The translations under genes and the position numbers were made by a program. From a virus (Duplodnaviria; Caudoviricetes): a stretch of 64,000 bases of DNA. Positions 44,998-54,136 of the stretch are shown here, in pieces. Every line of letters starts with the position of its first letter. The stretch's first letter is position 1. The stretch lies in IMG/VR virus record IMGVR_UViG_3300010357_001370, positions 1 to 64,000 of that record, one strand, 5' to 3'. Below the pieces are notes generated by a model that saw only the letters and a list, made by a program, of their open reading frames with translations, searched no databases and was not told where the DNA came from.

Positions 44998-47334
44998 ATG
45001 GATTCAACACGACTGCGCGAAGGCGTAACTACATATCTAAGCTCTGCCTTTCCTCAATCTCAGATAGCGCGACAAGGCTTTATGGGTCGTCTATCGTCTC
45101 TTTGGGGATGGAGAGCTAGCTCTGCTCAAGATTCTCAGACAAAGTTATCAAAGAAGGCCGGCGTTCAGTTTGTTCGTGTTGATCCGAACAATAAGTCAAT
45201 GCGGGAGCTTGATGCCAAACTAGGAGCGCTTTTCCAGAACGTTCCTCTTTCCGACCGACTTGAAAAGCTCTTCGAAGCATGGCTTCGCGATAGTACGAAT
45301 GGATACGATGATCTTCGAGATCGTCAGAAGCGTATTAACGAGCTCAACTTCATGTACTATAATGATCCGTTTATTAGCCGCGTCGTTCAGCTTGTAGCTG
45401 ATGAAGCCACGCAGCTCGATGTTCAGGATCGTCTCCTTTCCGTAGAGAGCCCTGACCCGCGAATGGCTGAGCGAATCTATCAGCTCCTCGATATGTGGGG
45501 CATCAATCAGCAGCGCATCCATGGCATGTGCTTCGATTTGGAGCTTTGCGGTGAAGGTTTCTGGGCTAATAAGATTACAGCGAACGGCGTTGAGAAGATC
45601 ATTCCTCTTCAGGTAGGGCAGATCCTCGAACGCCTTGAGTTCAATCCTACAAAGGTAGCTGAGGAGATCAGAGCACGCCAGGGATCGATCATGACAATGA
45701 TCAATCGCGATGCTAAGCTCCAGATGCTCTTACAGTCCTTCGAAGAGCTGCAGGTCACAGAAAACTTCGCAGAGATGTTCGAGACAAAGCTTTTTGGTTA
45801 CGTTATCGATAACGAAACAGTTGTCCCGCCGTGGACGGTTACGCACTTCCGTCTAAATGCCGATCACTCAGAATTTTATCCATATGGACGCCCGCACCTC
45901 CTAGCAGCCCTAGCACCATTCAAGCAAGCTGCTTCGACAATGACGCTCCAGTCTCTTGCACGTATCCTCTCCTTCCCCGTAACGCTCTATAAGGTTAAGA
46001 CGGCACAGGGAATGGATACTGCAATGGTCTGGGACCACGTCAACAGCGTTCGAGAGCAGTATGACAACATCGGTGTTAATCCCGTTGCCGGTCAGTCTGA
46101 GGTCTACTCAGTTAACACCAAGATTTGGATTCCAGATGGTCTACTCGAAGTAGATGTCAAGGAGTCTAAGGCCGATATCGACTTCGTAGGCGACCTCGAA
46201 ATGTACATCGATCGTATCTGTATCGCGTCTGGTGTACCGAAAGGTTATCTCGTCCAGGAGTGGGGCGGGTTTGGTGCTAGCGCAGTTTCCTTAACTGAGC
46301 AGTTCAAGCCGTTCGCTCGCCACGTCTATACCATTCAGGCTTCCTTCCTCGAAGGTCTAGCTGATTTGATTCGCCTACACTTCGTTATTACTGGTGAGTT
46401 TGATTACACTACACCGTTTACACTCTCTATGCGCTTCCCGGCCGAAGAAATGTCCGAAGATAAGCGCAATGCTCGTCAAGGATCTATAGATCTCGCTAAA
46501 GATGTCATGGAGCTTATCGGTACTGCAATGGGTGTAAGTGATGAAGAGCCTCTACCGCCAGATGTCGTTAAGGATATCATGGCCAAATACACCTTCCTTG
46601 ATCCTACTGACGTCCTTAAGTGGACAAAGCAAGTAGGTGATCAGGTTCTTATTGCTAAGTCCCGCAGCGGGGACGACGACGAAGAAGGCGGAGGTGGTTC
46701 TTCCAGCGGAGGCGGCTCCAGTGGCGGCGGCGGAGGCCTCGATGAGCTAGAAGATATGCTCGGCACCGAAGGTGGCGAGGATATCGGCGGAGGCGATGAA
46801 GGTGGTGGGGAAACTACAGAAGAGAGTATGCGCCGTTCCCGCCGATTCGCCTTGAACAGAATTCGAGAAGCTCGCTTTAAGGAACTTCGAATGCGCTACC
46901 GGGAAGTAAAGGATGATCTATACTTTAAGATACTCCGACAGAACAATATTACAGAGTTTACGCGTAACAAGCGCCACGTTATGCTAGCTAAAAATATTCA
47001 TTATTCTCAGGAACCGATGTTTGAGACGCTGAATGCTTGGAGAGAGTATCAGAAGACGGGCAAGGGTCCTGCTAAGATGAAGACACTTCACGAAACGCTA
47101 GTAGCTATGAAATTAGAAGATGCTACGCCGAACGCCGGAGATATGAAGTTTGAAAATATCAAGGCAGACATGTCCAAGGAGCGCGCACATCTCGAAGAAG
47201 ACGTTCCGGGCCCGAGGAATGAGAGTTGGACCGAACATCTAACAGAAGATCTCAGCGACGGGTTTAATGACGTTGAGTCTCAGGAGGCCGCAGTAGATGA
47301 TAGCGGGGATTTAGTACAAGAAGGGGATAGATAA
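44998..47334 (+). CDS. gp20: Portal protein, T4 gp20-like, with long C-terminal extension
   Basis: Y....P.ISR....VADEA, G..YL..A..P.KQ, LYKV..A, ASGVPKGYL, S.TEQ.KPFAR.V..IQ; Gly/acidic linker near the C-terminus. Confidence 0.85.
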   Translation: MDSTRLREGVTTYLSSAFPQSQIARQGFMGRLSSLWGWRASSAQDSQTKLSKKAGVQFVRVDPNNKSMRELDAKLGALFQNVPLSDRLEKLFEAWLRDSTNGYDDLRDRQKRINELNFMYYNDPFISRVVQLVADEATQLDVQDRLLSVESPDPRMAERIYQLLDMWGINQQRIHGMCFDLELCGEGFWANKITANGVEKIIPLQVGQILERLEFNPTKVAEEIRARQGSIMTMINRDAKLQMLLQSFEELQVTENFAEMFETKLFGYVIDNETVVPPWTVTHFRLNADHSEFYPYGRPHLLAALAPFKQAASTMTLQSLARILSFPVTLYKVKTAQGMDTAMVWDHVNSVREQYDNIGVNPVAGQSEVYSVNTKIWIPDGLLEVDVKESKADIDFVGDLEMYIDRICIASGVPKGYLVQEWGGFGASAVSLTEQFKPFARHVYTIQASFLEGLADLIRLHFVITGEFDYTTPFTLSMRFPAEEMSEDKRNARQGSIDLAKDVMELIGTAMGVSDEEPLPPDVVKDIMAKYTFLDPTDVLKWTKQVGDQVLIAKSRSGDDDEEGGGGSSSGGGSSGGGGGLDELEDMLGTEGGEDIGGGDEGGGETTEESMRRSRRFALNRIREARFKELRMRYREVKDDLYFKILRQNNITEFTRNKRHVMLAKNIHYSQEPMFETLNAWREYQKTGKGPAKMKTLHETLVAMKLEDATPNAGDMKFENIKADMSKERAHLEEDVPGPRNESWTEHLTEDLSDGFNDVESQEAAVDDSGDLVQEGDR

Positions 47335-48671
47335 TGGCTATTTCAACTGCTATTCAGACCAGCGGCGCAACTATACAATTTGGAACAGTCAGCGGTTCCG
47401 CATTTACTGCTGGTAATATTAGAATTAAGGGATCAGCTACCGTAGACGGTCAGCTAGATATCAATTCTTCTGCTGCACTCGCTGTGACTGCTTCCGTACT
47501 GGCCGTCACAGCTTCTGGAGCGGTAGGCATCACATCCTCTAAGCCTATTCAAGCAGCGTCGTCCGCGGTGATTGGTGGCTCCGGCGGAGTTCTCCCCGCT
47601 ACGTCCGGATCGCTTTCTGCAGGAGGTGGACTCCTCGTTAAAGATGAGACATCTGGTAAGAATTGGTTCCTCCACGTACACGCAGATCGTATTAGGTTGT
47701 TCGACGGGGTATCGACAGAGCTAGTCTTTACCACTCCGGCTGATTCCATAGCCCAGGCTACCAATGCTCTCGCCTGCTCAGGTAACGCCGCAACCGCTAC
47801 TCTTGCTGCAGCAGCTACAAAACTTGCAACAGCTCGAACGATTGGTGGGGTCAGCTTTGATGGGACAGCAAACATCAATCTCCCTGGCGTTAACACATCC
47901 GGTAATCAGAATACCTCAGGAAATGCCGCTACTGCGACACTAGCTGCTACAGCTACTACAGCAACAAATGCTCTTGCATGTTCCGGTAATGCCGCTACTG
48001 CGACACTAGCTGCTACAGCTACTACAGCAACAAATGCTCTTGCATGTTCCGGTAATGCCGCTACTGCGACACTAGCTGCTACAGCTACGATTAGCTACAA
48101 TAATAGATCAGCAGCTAACTACCAGATCTTATTTGGCTCCGGTGTCGGGCTATATGCTTCAGACCTTGTAACAATGAATCCCAGCACAGGAACAATCACA
48201 ACTACAAATATTAGCGGAGCAGGCCGAGGAGGAATAATTTCCGGCTTCAGTAAAGTCTATAATGCTGTTTGGAATGATTATGCCGACTATATTTCTCTTG
48301 AAGGGCCAATTCCAATAATTCCAGGCCGGGTCTATTCGTACAACGGGCACTTTCATCAGATAGCCTCGTCGTATGCTGAGATGGGAGTAATCGGTATCTG
48401 TTCCGATACTTTCAGCTTTGTTGCAGGTCATAAAGAAGATGAATTCCAAGTACCAATTGCAGTCTGCGGATTCGTCTTAGCTTACGTTGATAAAGTCTAT
48501 CCGTCAGGGACTCCACTCACGTCAGCCACCGACGGTGGGCTAACCGAGATGACTCTAGAAACCAAAATGAAGTTCCCGGAGCGTTTGCTAGCTACTTTTT
48601 ATAAAGAAGAGAGAAGCACCGCTTGGTACGGAATAGAGGTTAATGGACGGCACTGGGTTCAAGTTCGCTAA
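47334..48671 (+). CDS. Tail fibre/spike-like protein with GNAATAT repeats
   Basis: GNAATAT(K/L)LA repeats, ARTIGGVSFDGTANI, C-terminal NAVWNDYA domain. Confidence 0.7.
   Translation: MAISTAIQTSGATIQFGTVSGSAFTAGNIRIKGSATVDGQLDINSSAALAVTASVLAVTASGAVGITSSKPIQAASSAVIGGSGGVLPATSGSLSAGGGLLVKDETSGKNWFLHVHADRIRLFDGVSTELVFTTPADSIAQATNALACSGNAATATLAAAATKLATARTIGGVSFDGTANINLPGVNTSGNQNTSGNAATATLAATATTATNALACSGNAATATLAATATTATNALACSGNAATATLAATATISYNNRSAANYQILFGSGVGLYASDLVTMNPSTGTITTTNISGAGRGGIISGFSKVYNAVWNDYADYISLEGPIPIIPGRVYSYNGHFHQIASSYAEMGVIGICSDTFSFVAGHKEDEFQVPIAVCGFVLAYVDKVYPSGTPLTSATDGGLTEMTLETKMKFPERLLATFYKEERSTAWYGIEVNGRHWVQVR
47922..48088 (+). repeat. Perfect 66-bp tandem repeat, 2.5 copies (NAATATLAATATTATNALACSG)
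   Basis: Units start at 47922, 47988 and 48054 and are identical at nucleotide level. Confidence 0.95.
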
Positions 48672-48708
48672 TTTTTCCGTATATTATAAGTCTCTATAAG
48701 GAGTTGCT

Positions 48709-48951
48709 ATGGACCTGCGACACAATATTACTATATGCACTCGATGCAAGAAGCCCCTAACAGGCTTGAAGTACTACATCTCGTTAAAGATGGACGCACT
48801 AAAAGAAAAGGAAAGCGGGGCTTGGGAAACAATACCCACTCTCGACCTAACTACAAATGAGGTGGTTTGTGACACTTGCTTTGAAACATTCTCGCAAGCC
48901 ATAATTGCAGGTATGTCGCAGGAGAAGGCCGATGAGTCTTCAGCGTCCTGA
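48709..48951 (+). CDS. Small CxxC...CxxC zinc-binding protein, paralog of 6697..6990
   Basis: CTRC...WETIPTLD...EVVCDTCF; AGGAG SD. Confidence 0.75.
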   Translation: MDLRHNITICTRCKKPLTGLKYYISLKMDALKEKESGAWETIPTLDLTTNEVVCDTCFETFSQAIIAGMSQEKADESSAS

Positions 48952-50101
48952 GGAACTGGGGATAACTCAGTTCGAACTTGTAGTAACCGAAAACTGCAAT
49001 TCGAAGTGTACATACTGCTTCGATAACTATTTCGCCGGACAGCGCATTAACACAAAGGATCCTACTCGTTGGATGCAACCGGAGCTTATTCCAGACCTGA
49101 TCAAGTTTATGGATAAGACCTGCGCTGATCCAAAGCAGGAAAAGCGTCTCAACATTCACTATATCGGCGGCGAACCTCTCATGAATTTTGAATTTATGAA
49201 AGCAAGTGTCCCGGCATTCAGAGAGCACTTTGGCCCACGCGTAACGTTTTCTATCAACACAAATATCCTACTCATCACAGATGAGATTCTAGAGATGTTT
49301 GTAAAGTACAACTTCAATATCACGACATCTATCGATGGAGGCCGAGAGTCCCATAACGCTCACCGAGGAAACTGGGAGAAGGTAATTGAGAACCTGATAC
49401 GTATCAAAGCAGCTTTTCTTGATGCTAAGGGTCCGGGAGCCGATGTAGCTGCCATCGGAGCAGTGTTTGTTGTTAGTGCCGATCGATCCGATTATGTCGT
49501 CGAGGATTATAGAACTCTTTCCAAGTTCTGCAATTGTCGTATTAACCTTAATGCCGAGGATCCGCTCTGGACCGACCAAAAGGTAGACGATGTCTGCAAC
49601 GCAATTCGTACAATCGCCGCTACTACACCAGATTTCTTTTCAGGAGATCTCGTCGGTGGATTTGAGCCTAAGTATTGGACAGCAATAGAGGGCAATGGAA
49701 GTCCATTCTTCTGTCACACGCCGATACATAATGTAACAATCAATCCGATGGGTAAGCTATTTTTCTGCCACAGACTTACTCCAAAGTCCTATGAATTTAC
49801 TCCAGAGTTTTCGGAATTCTATGGTGATATTTACCAGGGATATTATAACACCGACTACTACACCAGCATGATAGAATGTCGTGTTGGGGGATCTAACATG
49901 TTCGAGGATTGTAAAACATGTAAATACGTTAATATGTGTCGGCAGAATTGCCGTGCAGTACACATTGCTAACGGCGGTAAAGTTAATAAAATCATGTGTA
50001 AGTATATTCAAACGTACTTCGATCTTCTAGAACAACACTACGGTCGGGCACTAAATAGGAAGCCTAATAGAGGAGATCTCAATGCCAACCTGTGCACCTA
50101 A
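48932..50101 (+). CDS. Radical SAM/SPASM maturase
   Basis: CNSKCTYC, IGGEP, SIDG, FCHR, CKTC....MCRQNC; start taken at 48932 (AGGAG SD). Confidence 0.92.
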   Translation: MSLQRPEELGITQFELVVTENCNSKCTYCFDNYFAGQRINTKDPTRWMQPELIPDLIKFMDKTCADPKQEKRLNIHYIGGEPLMNFEFMKASVPAFREHFGPRVTFSINTNILLITDEILEMFVKYNFNITTSIDGGRESHNAHRGNWEKVIENLIRIKAAFLDAKGPGADVAAIGAVFVVSADRSDYVVEDYRTLSKFCNCRINLNAEDPLWTDQKVDDVCNAIRTIAATTPDFFSGDLVGGFEPKYWTAIEGNGSPFFCHTPIHNVTINPMGKLFFCHRLTPKSYEFTPEFSEFYGDIYQGYYNTDYYTSMIECRVGGSNMFEDCKTCKYVNMCRQNCRAVHIANGGKVNKIMCKYIQTYFDLLEQHYGRALNRKPNRGDLNANLCT

Positions 50102-51032
50102 CTATTTAAACGTCGGATATAAGGAATATTTTAACGCCACCGGAGCAAATTGTCAGCAGTACACAAATGGTGGCGGAAACGCTTGTGTTCAATATTGCCC
50201 TGCGAACGCAACTACCTACAACAGATACGGAAATGCTTATACTCCAGCCTGTACAGAGGCTCGCTGCGCTCAATCATATATAAACGCCTTTGACGATTGC
50301 GCGCAGTACTACAACTATTCAAACTATCTGAATTATACGCGAAACGTTTCTGGAGCCGGAGCGTATTCTCTTGGACTTAATACTACACTTATCGATAGTG
50401 TTACGACTGTAGACGCTACTGCTATCAGCGCAATTAAGCATATGCGAGATAAGCTAGTAGAGCTCGTTAACAATAAGCCCCAGCAATCTACAGTTCCTGA
50501 AACCGGGCTTACTGCAGTCTCTGATGCTACTTTTGACGACGGCAACCCGTCGACGATAGAGAAAACTGCCGCAGCCCAGTACAATGCTCTTCAATCTAAG
50601 TTTGCCGCTCTCCGGAATGCCATCAATACCGGGGTAGCCGTTAGTTCAACTCAAGTCGCACCCGGGGATACTCTTACTAAGAACCACCTAACAGCTTTGA
50701 AAACAGATCTAACAAACTTAGCGGCTGCCTGTTATCAGACATACGCTAATCAGCAAGTAGGTGCAGGGTACGCTAACGCCAACAGTGCATATACTCGCGC
50801 TGTTTATGGCGCTTCGGTTGCGTACACAAATGCATACTGCGCAGAGTATATCTGTACCAACACGGGCTCCGGCTGCGGGCAATACAATTACTCGGATTAT
50901 TCCAATTGTACGAATACATTGAGTTGCGGCAACTGCCGAAATTCGGGTCACTATAACTATAGTAATTACTCGAATCATGCAAATCATTCAAATCATTCGA
51001 ATTATTCAAATGTTTGCAGAAGAGATTACTAA
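50082..51032 (+). CDS. Cys/Tyr/Asn-rich putative rSAM substrate A with C-terminal NHS/NYS repeats
   Basis: ~15 Y-x-N and 4 H-x-N motifs; ends NYSNYSNHANHSNHSNYSNVCRRDY; GAGGAG SD. Confidence 0.8.
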   Translation: MPTCAPNYLNVGYKEYFNATGANCQQYTNGGGNACVQYCPANATTYNRYGNAYTPACTEARCAQSYINAFDDCAQYYNYSNYLNYTRNVSGAGAYSLGLNTTLIDSVTTVDATAISAIKHMRDKLVELVNNKPQQSTVPETGLTAVSDATFDDGNPSTIEKTAAAQYNALQSKFAALRNAINTGVAVSSTQVAPGDTLTKNHLTALKTDLTNLAAACYQTYANQQVGAGYANANSAYTRAVYGASVAYTNAYCAEYICTNTGSGCGQYNYSDYSNCTNTLSCGNCRNSGHYNYSNYSNHANHSNHSNYSNVCRRDY

Positions 51033-51046
51033 AGAGGTAGTGAGAT

Positions 51047-52042
51047 ATGCCATCCTGTGCACCAAACTATGCTAACGTAGGCTACAAAGAATACTTTAAT
51101 GCCGCGGCTCCGGGAGTACAATACTCGAATTATGCAAATCTGTGTATACAGACATACTGTGCAGACTCTCGTGTAGCCTACTACGGTAACACAGGAGCTG
51201 GTGGCGGAGGTATATGTAACCAAGGTGTATGCTATCAAACCTGTACGAACTTCAATCAGTACGGTACCACGTACCCAGCAAATAAAGATGACTGCTCTCA
51301 GTATTCTAATTATAGTAACTGTACAAATTATGCCCGAAACGGTGGCGGAGCGGGCACAGTTCTTCCTGCACTCAGCCTCGATCAGTCTGTCATTGATGGA
51401 ATAACAGACATACCAACGTCAATTACAGCTGTAACCCATCTTCGAGATAAGTTAGCAACCTTAATTAGCCTTAAGCTAAGACAGGACACGGTCGACGACG
51501 CGATGCCTTCGACGATCAGCGATGCTACGTTTAATGATAGTAACTCAGCTACTGCTGAAATAACTCTAGCTACTCAGTATAATGCTCTGAAAACTAAAAT
51601 GGACGCTTTTTGGAATGCATTAAAGGCTGGAGGAACTACTCTCACTACTCCTAGCTCGGATGCGGTAAAATCTTCTGGAGATACCCTTTTTAAGAATAGT
51701 ATACTGGCTCTTAAAACGGATCTGGTGACTATAGCAAATGCATGCTCGCAGACATACGCTAACTATCAGAATGGTTACGCAGCTGTTCTTGCTGATACCT
51801 ATACGAATAGCGTCGCTACATATACTAGAACGACAGTGTATAGAGATGCGTTCTGTAGCCAGTTAGTTTGCACAAACACAGGTGGCGGTTGCGGCCAGTA
51901 CAATTATTCGAATTATAATAATTGTACAAATACTGTCTGGCACAACCGATACATGAATACTCAGGATTGTTGGAATTACGCTAATCACAGTAACCATTCG
52001 AACCATTCAAATTATCGCGATACCTGTAGACGAGATAACTAA
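51047..52042 (+). CDS. Cys/Tyr/Asn-rich putative rSAM substrate B, paralog of A
   Basis: Shared N-terminus MPxCAPNYxNVGYKEYFNA; ends NYANHSNHSNHSNYRDTCRRDN. Confidence 0.8.
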   Translation: MPSCAPNYANVGYKEYFNAAAPGVQYSNYANLCIQTYCADSRVAYYGNTGAGGGGICNQGVCYQTCTNFNQYGTTYPANKDDCSQYSNYSNCTNYARNGGGAGTVLPALSLDQSVIDGITDIPTSITAVTHLRDKLATLISLKLRQDTVDDAMPSTISDATFNDSNSATAEITLATQYNALKTKMDAFWNALKAGGTTLTTPSSDAVKSSGDTLFKNSILALKTDLVTIANACSQTYANYQNGYAAVLADTYTNSVATYTRTTVYRDAFCSQLVCTNTGGGCGQYNYSNYNNCTNTVWHNRYMNTQDCWNYANHSNHSNHSNYRDTCRRDN

Positions 52043-52058
52043 CTAAGAGGAGAATAGC

Positions 52059-52757
52059 ATGACTTGTGAACTACAGTGGGATATTAAAGCTCAGGCTTTT
52101 AAGGGTATAGCCCAATTTACATATGCAGAGGACCCATCTAATCTTCCATTTGACGAACACGGATTCTACTATGGCGTTAAGTATGGATTTGATGGAGTAG
52201 TTACCGAGCGGTATTACGCTCTTCAACCCGGGGATATCTTCGTGAACGAGGATGCAGAAGATCCGGACCGTATCACTACCTTTAAGAGTATCACTAGGCG
52301 TACAGTGACTCCTACCGATTTCTACATATCCTATAGGTCCCGACCCTTTACTTATCTAGATAATCATCCAGAGATTCAGGTGGATAGCAGGCTTCTCGCT
52401 GCAGCAAACGGTCTCGGAATTCGGTATAACGCAGAATCGAAGGAAACTCTCGTATACTATGTACATGCTGTAGATCCTCGATGTCGGATGTTGATTGAGG
52501 GAACAGACGATGCGGCTTATCTGCGAGAAGATGCGGATTTCTTAAAGTTTACTCAAGAGCAAGCCGCTGCATTAACAGAATTCAAGTCTGCCGCAGGCGT
52601 TTCGTTCCACGGATTTGGAATAACCCATCTTGCAGAGATTATTATTGTTCCAGGTATTTATCGATATGTAGCTTTTTGGAACAACGATATTCTAAAGGAT
52701 TATCTTAATTTCTGGGAGGGAGAGTATGCACTTCCTGGTCAGATTTTCAACGTGTAA
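52059..52757 (+). CDS. Hypothetical protein in the rSAM operon
   Basis: GAGGAG SD; Tyr-rich, predicted beta-strands. Confidence 0.7.
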   Translation: MTCELQWDIKAQAFKGIAQFTYAEDPSNLPFDEHGFYYGVKYGFDGVVTERYYALQPGDIFVNEDAEDPDRITTFKSITRRTVTPTDFYISYRSRPFTYLDNHPEIQVDSRLLAAANGLGIRYNAESKETLVYYVHAVDPRCRMLIEGTDDAAYLREDADFLKFTQEQAAALTEFKSAAGVSFHGFGITHLAEIIIVPGIYRYVAFWNNDILKDYLNFWEGEYALPGQIFNV

Positions 52758-52766
52758 GGAGTCGAA

Positions 52767-54128
52767 ATGTTCCAGTTTAATAATCAACTCGTCTTAAAGG
52801 TAACGAAGGGTTGCAATCTTCGTTGTGAGTACTGCTATGTAATGAATAAGGACCTTCATGAAGGTCAGTTTATAGATTTTGAGCTCTATAAAAAAATTAT
52901 TGATGCTGTTGTTCTAGATAGACTTAAGTCTACTCAAGGTAAGAATGAAGACTTTAATTTAACCTTTCATGGTGGCGAGCCTACCACTATTAACAAAACT
53001 AGATTTTTCCAGATGTGTGAGTATGCCCGGGATAAGTTTTTCAAAGCCGGGCTTCATTTGTCGCTATCTATTCAAACAAACCTCACCCTCATCGATGAGG
53101 AGTGGTGCCAGCTTTTTAACCGCTTTAATGTAGCTGTCGGAGCTAGTTGGGACGGAACTGGACCGGCTAACGAAGCTCGTACAGACAAGTCTGAAGACTT
53201 CTATCATGAGAAGACTCAGATGTTTAAGAAGTATAATGTTCAGCACGGGTTTCTACTCGTAGTAAATCGGCATAGTGTAGACTATATCCCAGAGTCGCTA
53301 GAGATCCTAAAAAACAAATTCCATAAAAACCAAGGTCGACTCAACTACGTAGAGGATGTGATTACTCCCTTTGGGCAACCGAGTAGTATAGAAGTACCTG
53401 GAAAGGAATTTTTTGAAAAGGTGACAAAAGCCCAGGTAGATCAGTTCATCGCTACCGGCCAGTGTTTTGATGGTAATATTACAAATAGCATAGAAAAGTT
53501 TATGATTGACTACCTGACGAATGTAGGTAGCTTGTACCCGGAAAACGGTAACTGCTACGTCAAGTATTGCGGCTCTGGAATCAACGTATTGGAAATGGAC
53601 CCTGACGGTTCCGTTCTCTTTTGCGGCCGATACGGGGATGCTTATGAAGATGCCATTCTCATGCACGGGCTTGATGAAGACTTTCTCTCTATGAAGCAAA
53701 TACTAAAACATCTAGAGTTTCAGAAAGCTAAGATTGCAGCAATGAAGCGATCTCATTGCGACGACTGCAAAGCTCAGAATATTTGTGACCACGGTTGCAT
53801 GGCATATCACTATACGAAGCCGCAGGCGGACGGAACCCACAAGTGGGGTATTCGAAATGATCTAACGTGCGCTATGTTTAAGCCTCTATATGATTATATG
53901 TTTGAGCATGCTAACGATATTTTTGAGTCATATTTTAAGAACGACGTCGTCCCAGCCGGACAGACTCAACTTAGCCTACCAAAGTCTTCTAATTTCTATC
54001 CAGAGCTAAGTGTTTCTAAGATTCAAGATAGACTCCAGAAGTACGGGATAACAGTCGAAATTCGGGATTCGCGAATTATATTTAATGCACAGCGCCAGGG
54101 GTCATATGACCATACGGCTCATTGTTAG
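52767..54128 (+). CDS. Radical SAM/SPASM maturase, paralog of 6983..8281
   Basis: CNLRCEYC, FHGGEP, CYVKYCGSG, CDDC....ICDHGC. Confidence 0.92.
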   Translation: MFQFNNQLVLKVTKGCNLRCEYCYVMNKDLHEGQFIDFELYKKIIDAVVLDRLKSTQGKNEDFNLTFHGGEPTTINKTRFFQMCEYARDKFFKAGLHLSLSIQTNLTLIDEEWCQLFNRFNVAVGASWDGTGPANEARTDKSEDFYHEKTQMFKKYNVQHGFLLVVNRHSVDYIPESLEILKNKFHKNQGRLNYVEDVITPFGQPSSIEVPGKEFFEKVTKAQVDQFIATGQCFDGNITNSIEKFMIDYLTNVGSLYPENGNCYVKYCGSGINVLEMDPDGSVLFCGRYGDAYEDAILMHGLDEDFLSMKQILKHLEFQKAKIAAMKRSHCDDCKAQNICDHGCMAYHYTKPQADGTHKWGIRNDLTCAMFKPLYDYMFEHANDIFESYFKNDVVPAGQTQLSLPKSSNFYPELSVSKIQDRLQKYGITVEIRDSRIIFNAQRQGSYDHTAHC

Positions 54129-54136
54129 GAGACTCA

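Noticed and set aside
50082-52042. Diversity-generating retroelement template/variable repeat pair (Asn-codon rich paralogs)
   Set aside because: Differences are not confined to adenines, both are full ORFs, and no reverse transcriptase is present in the window.
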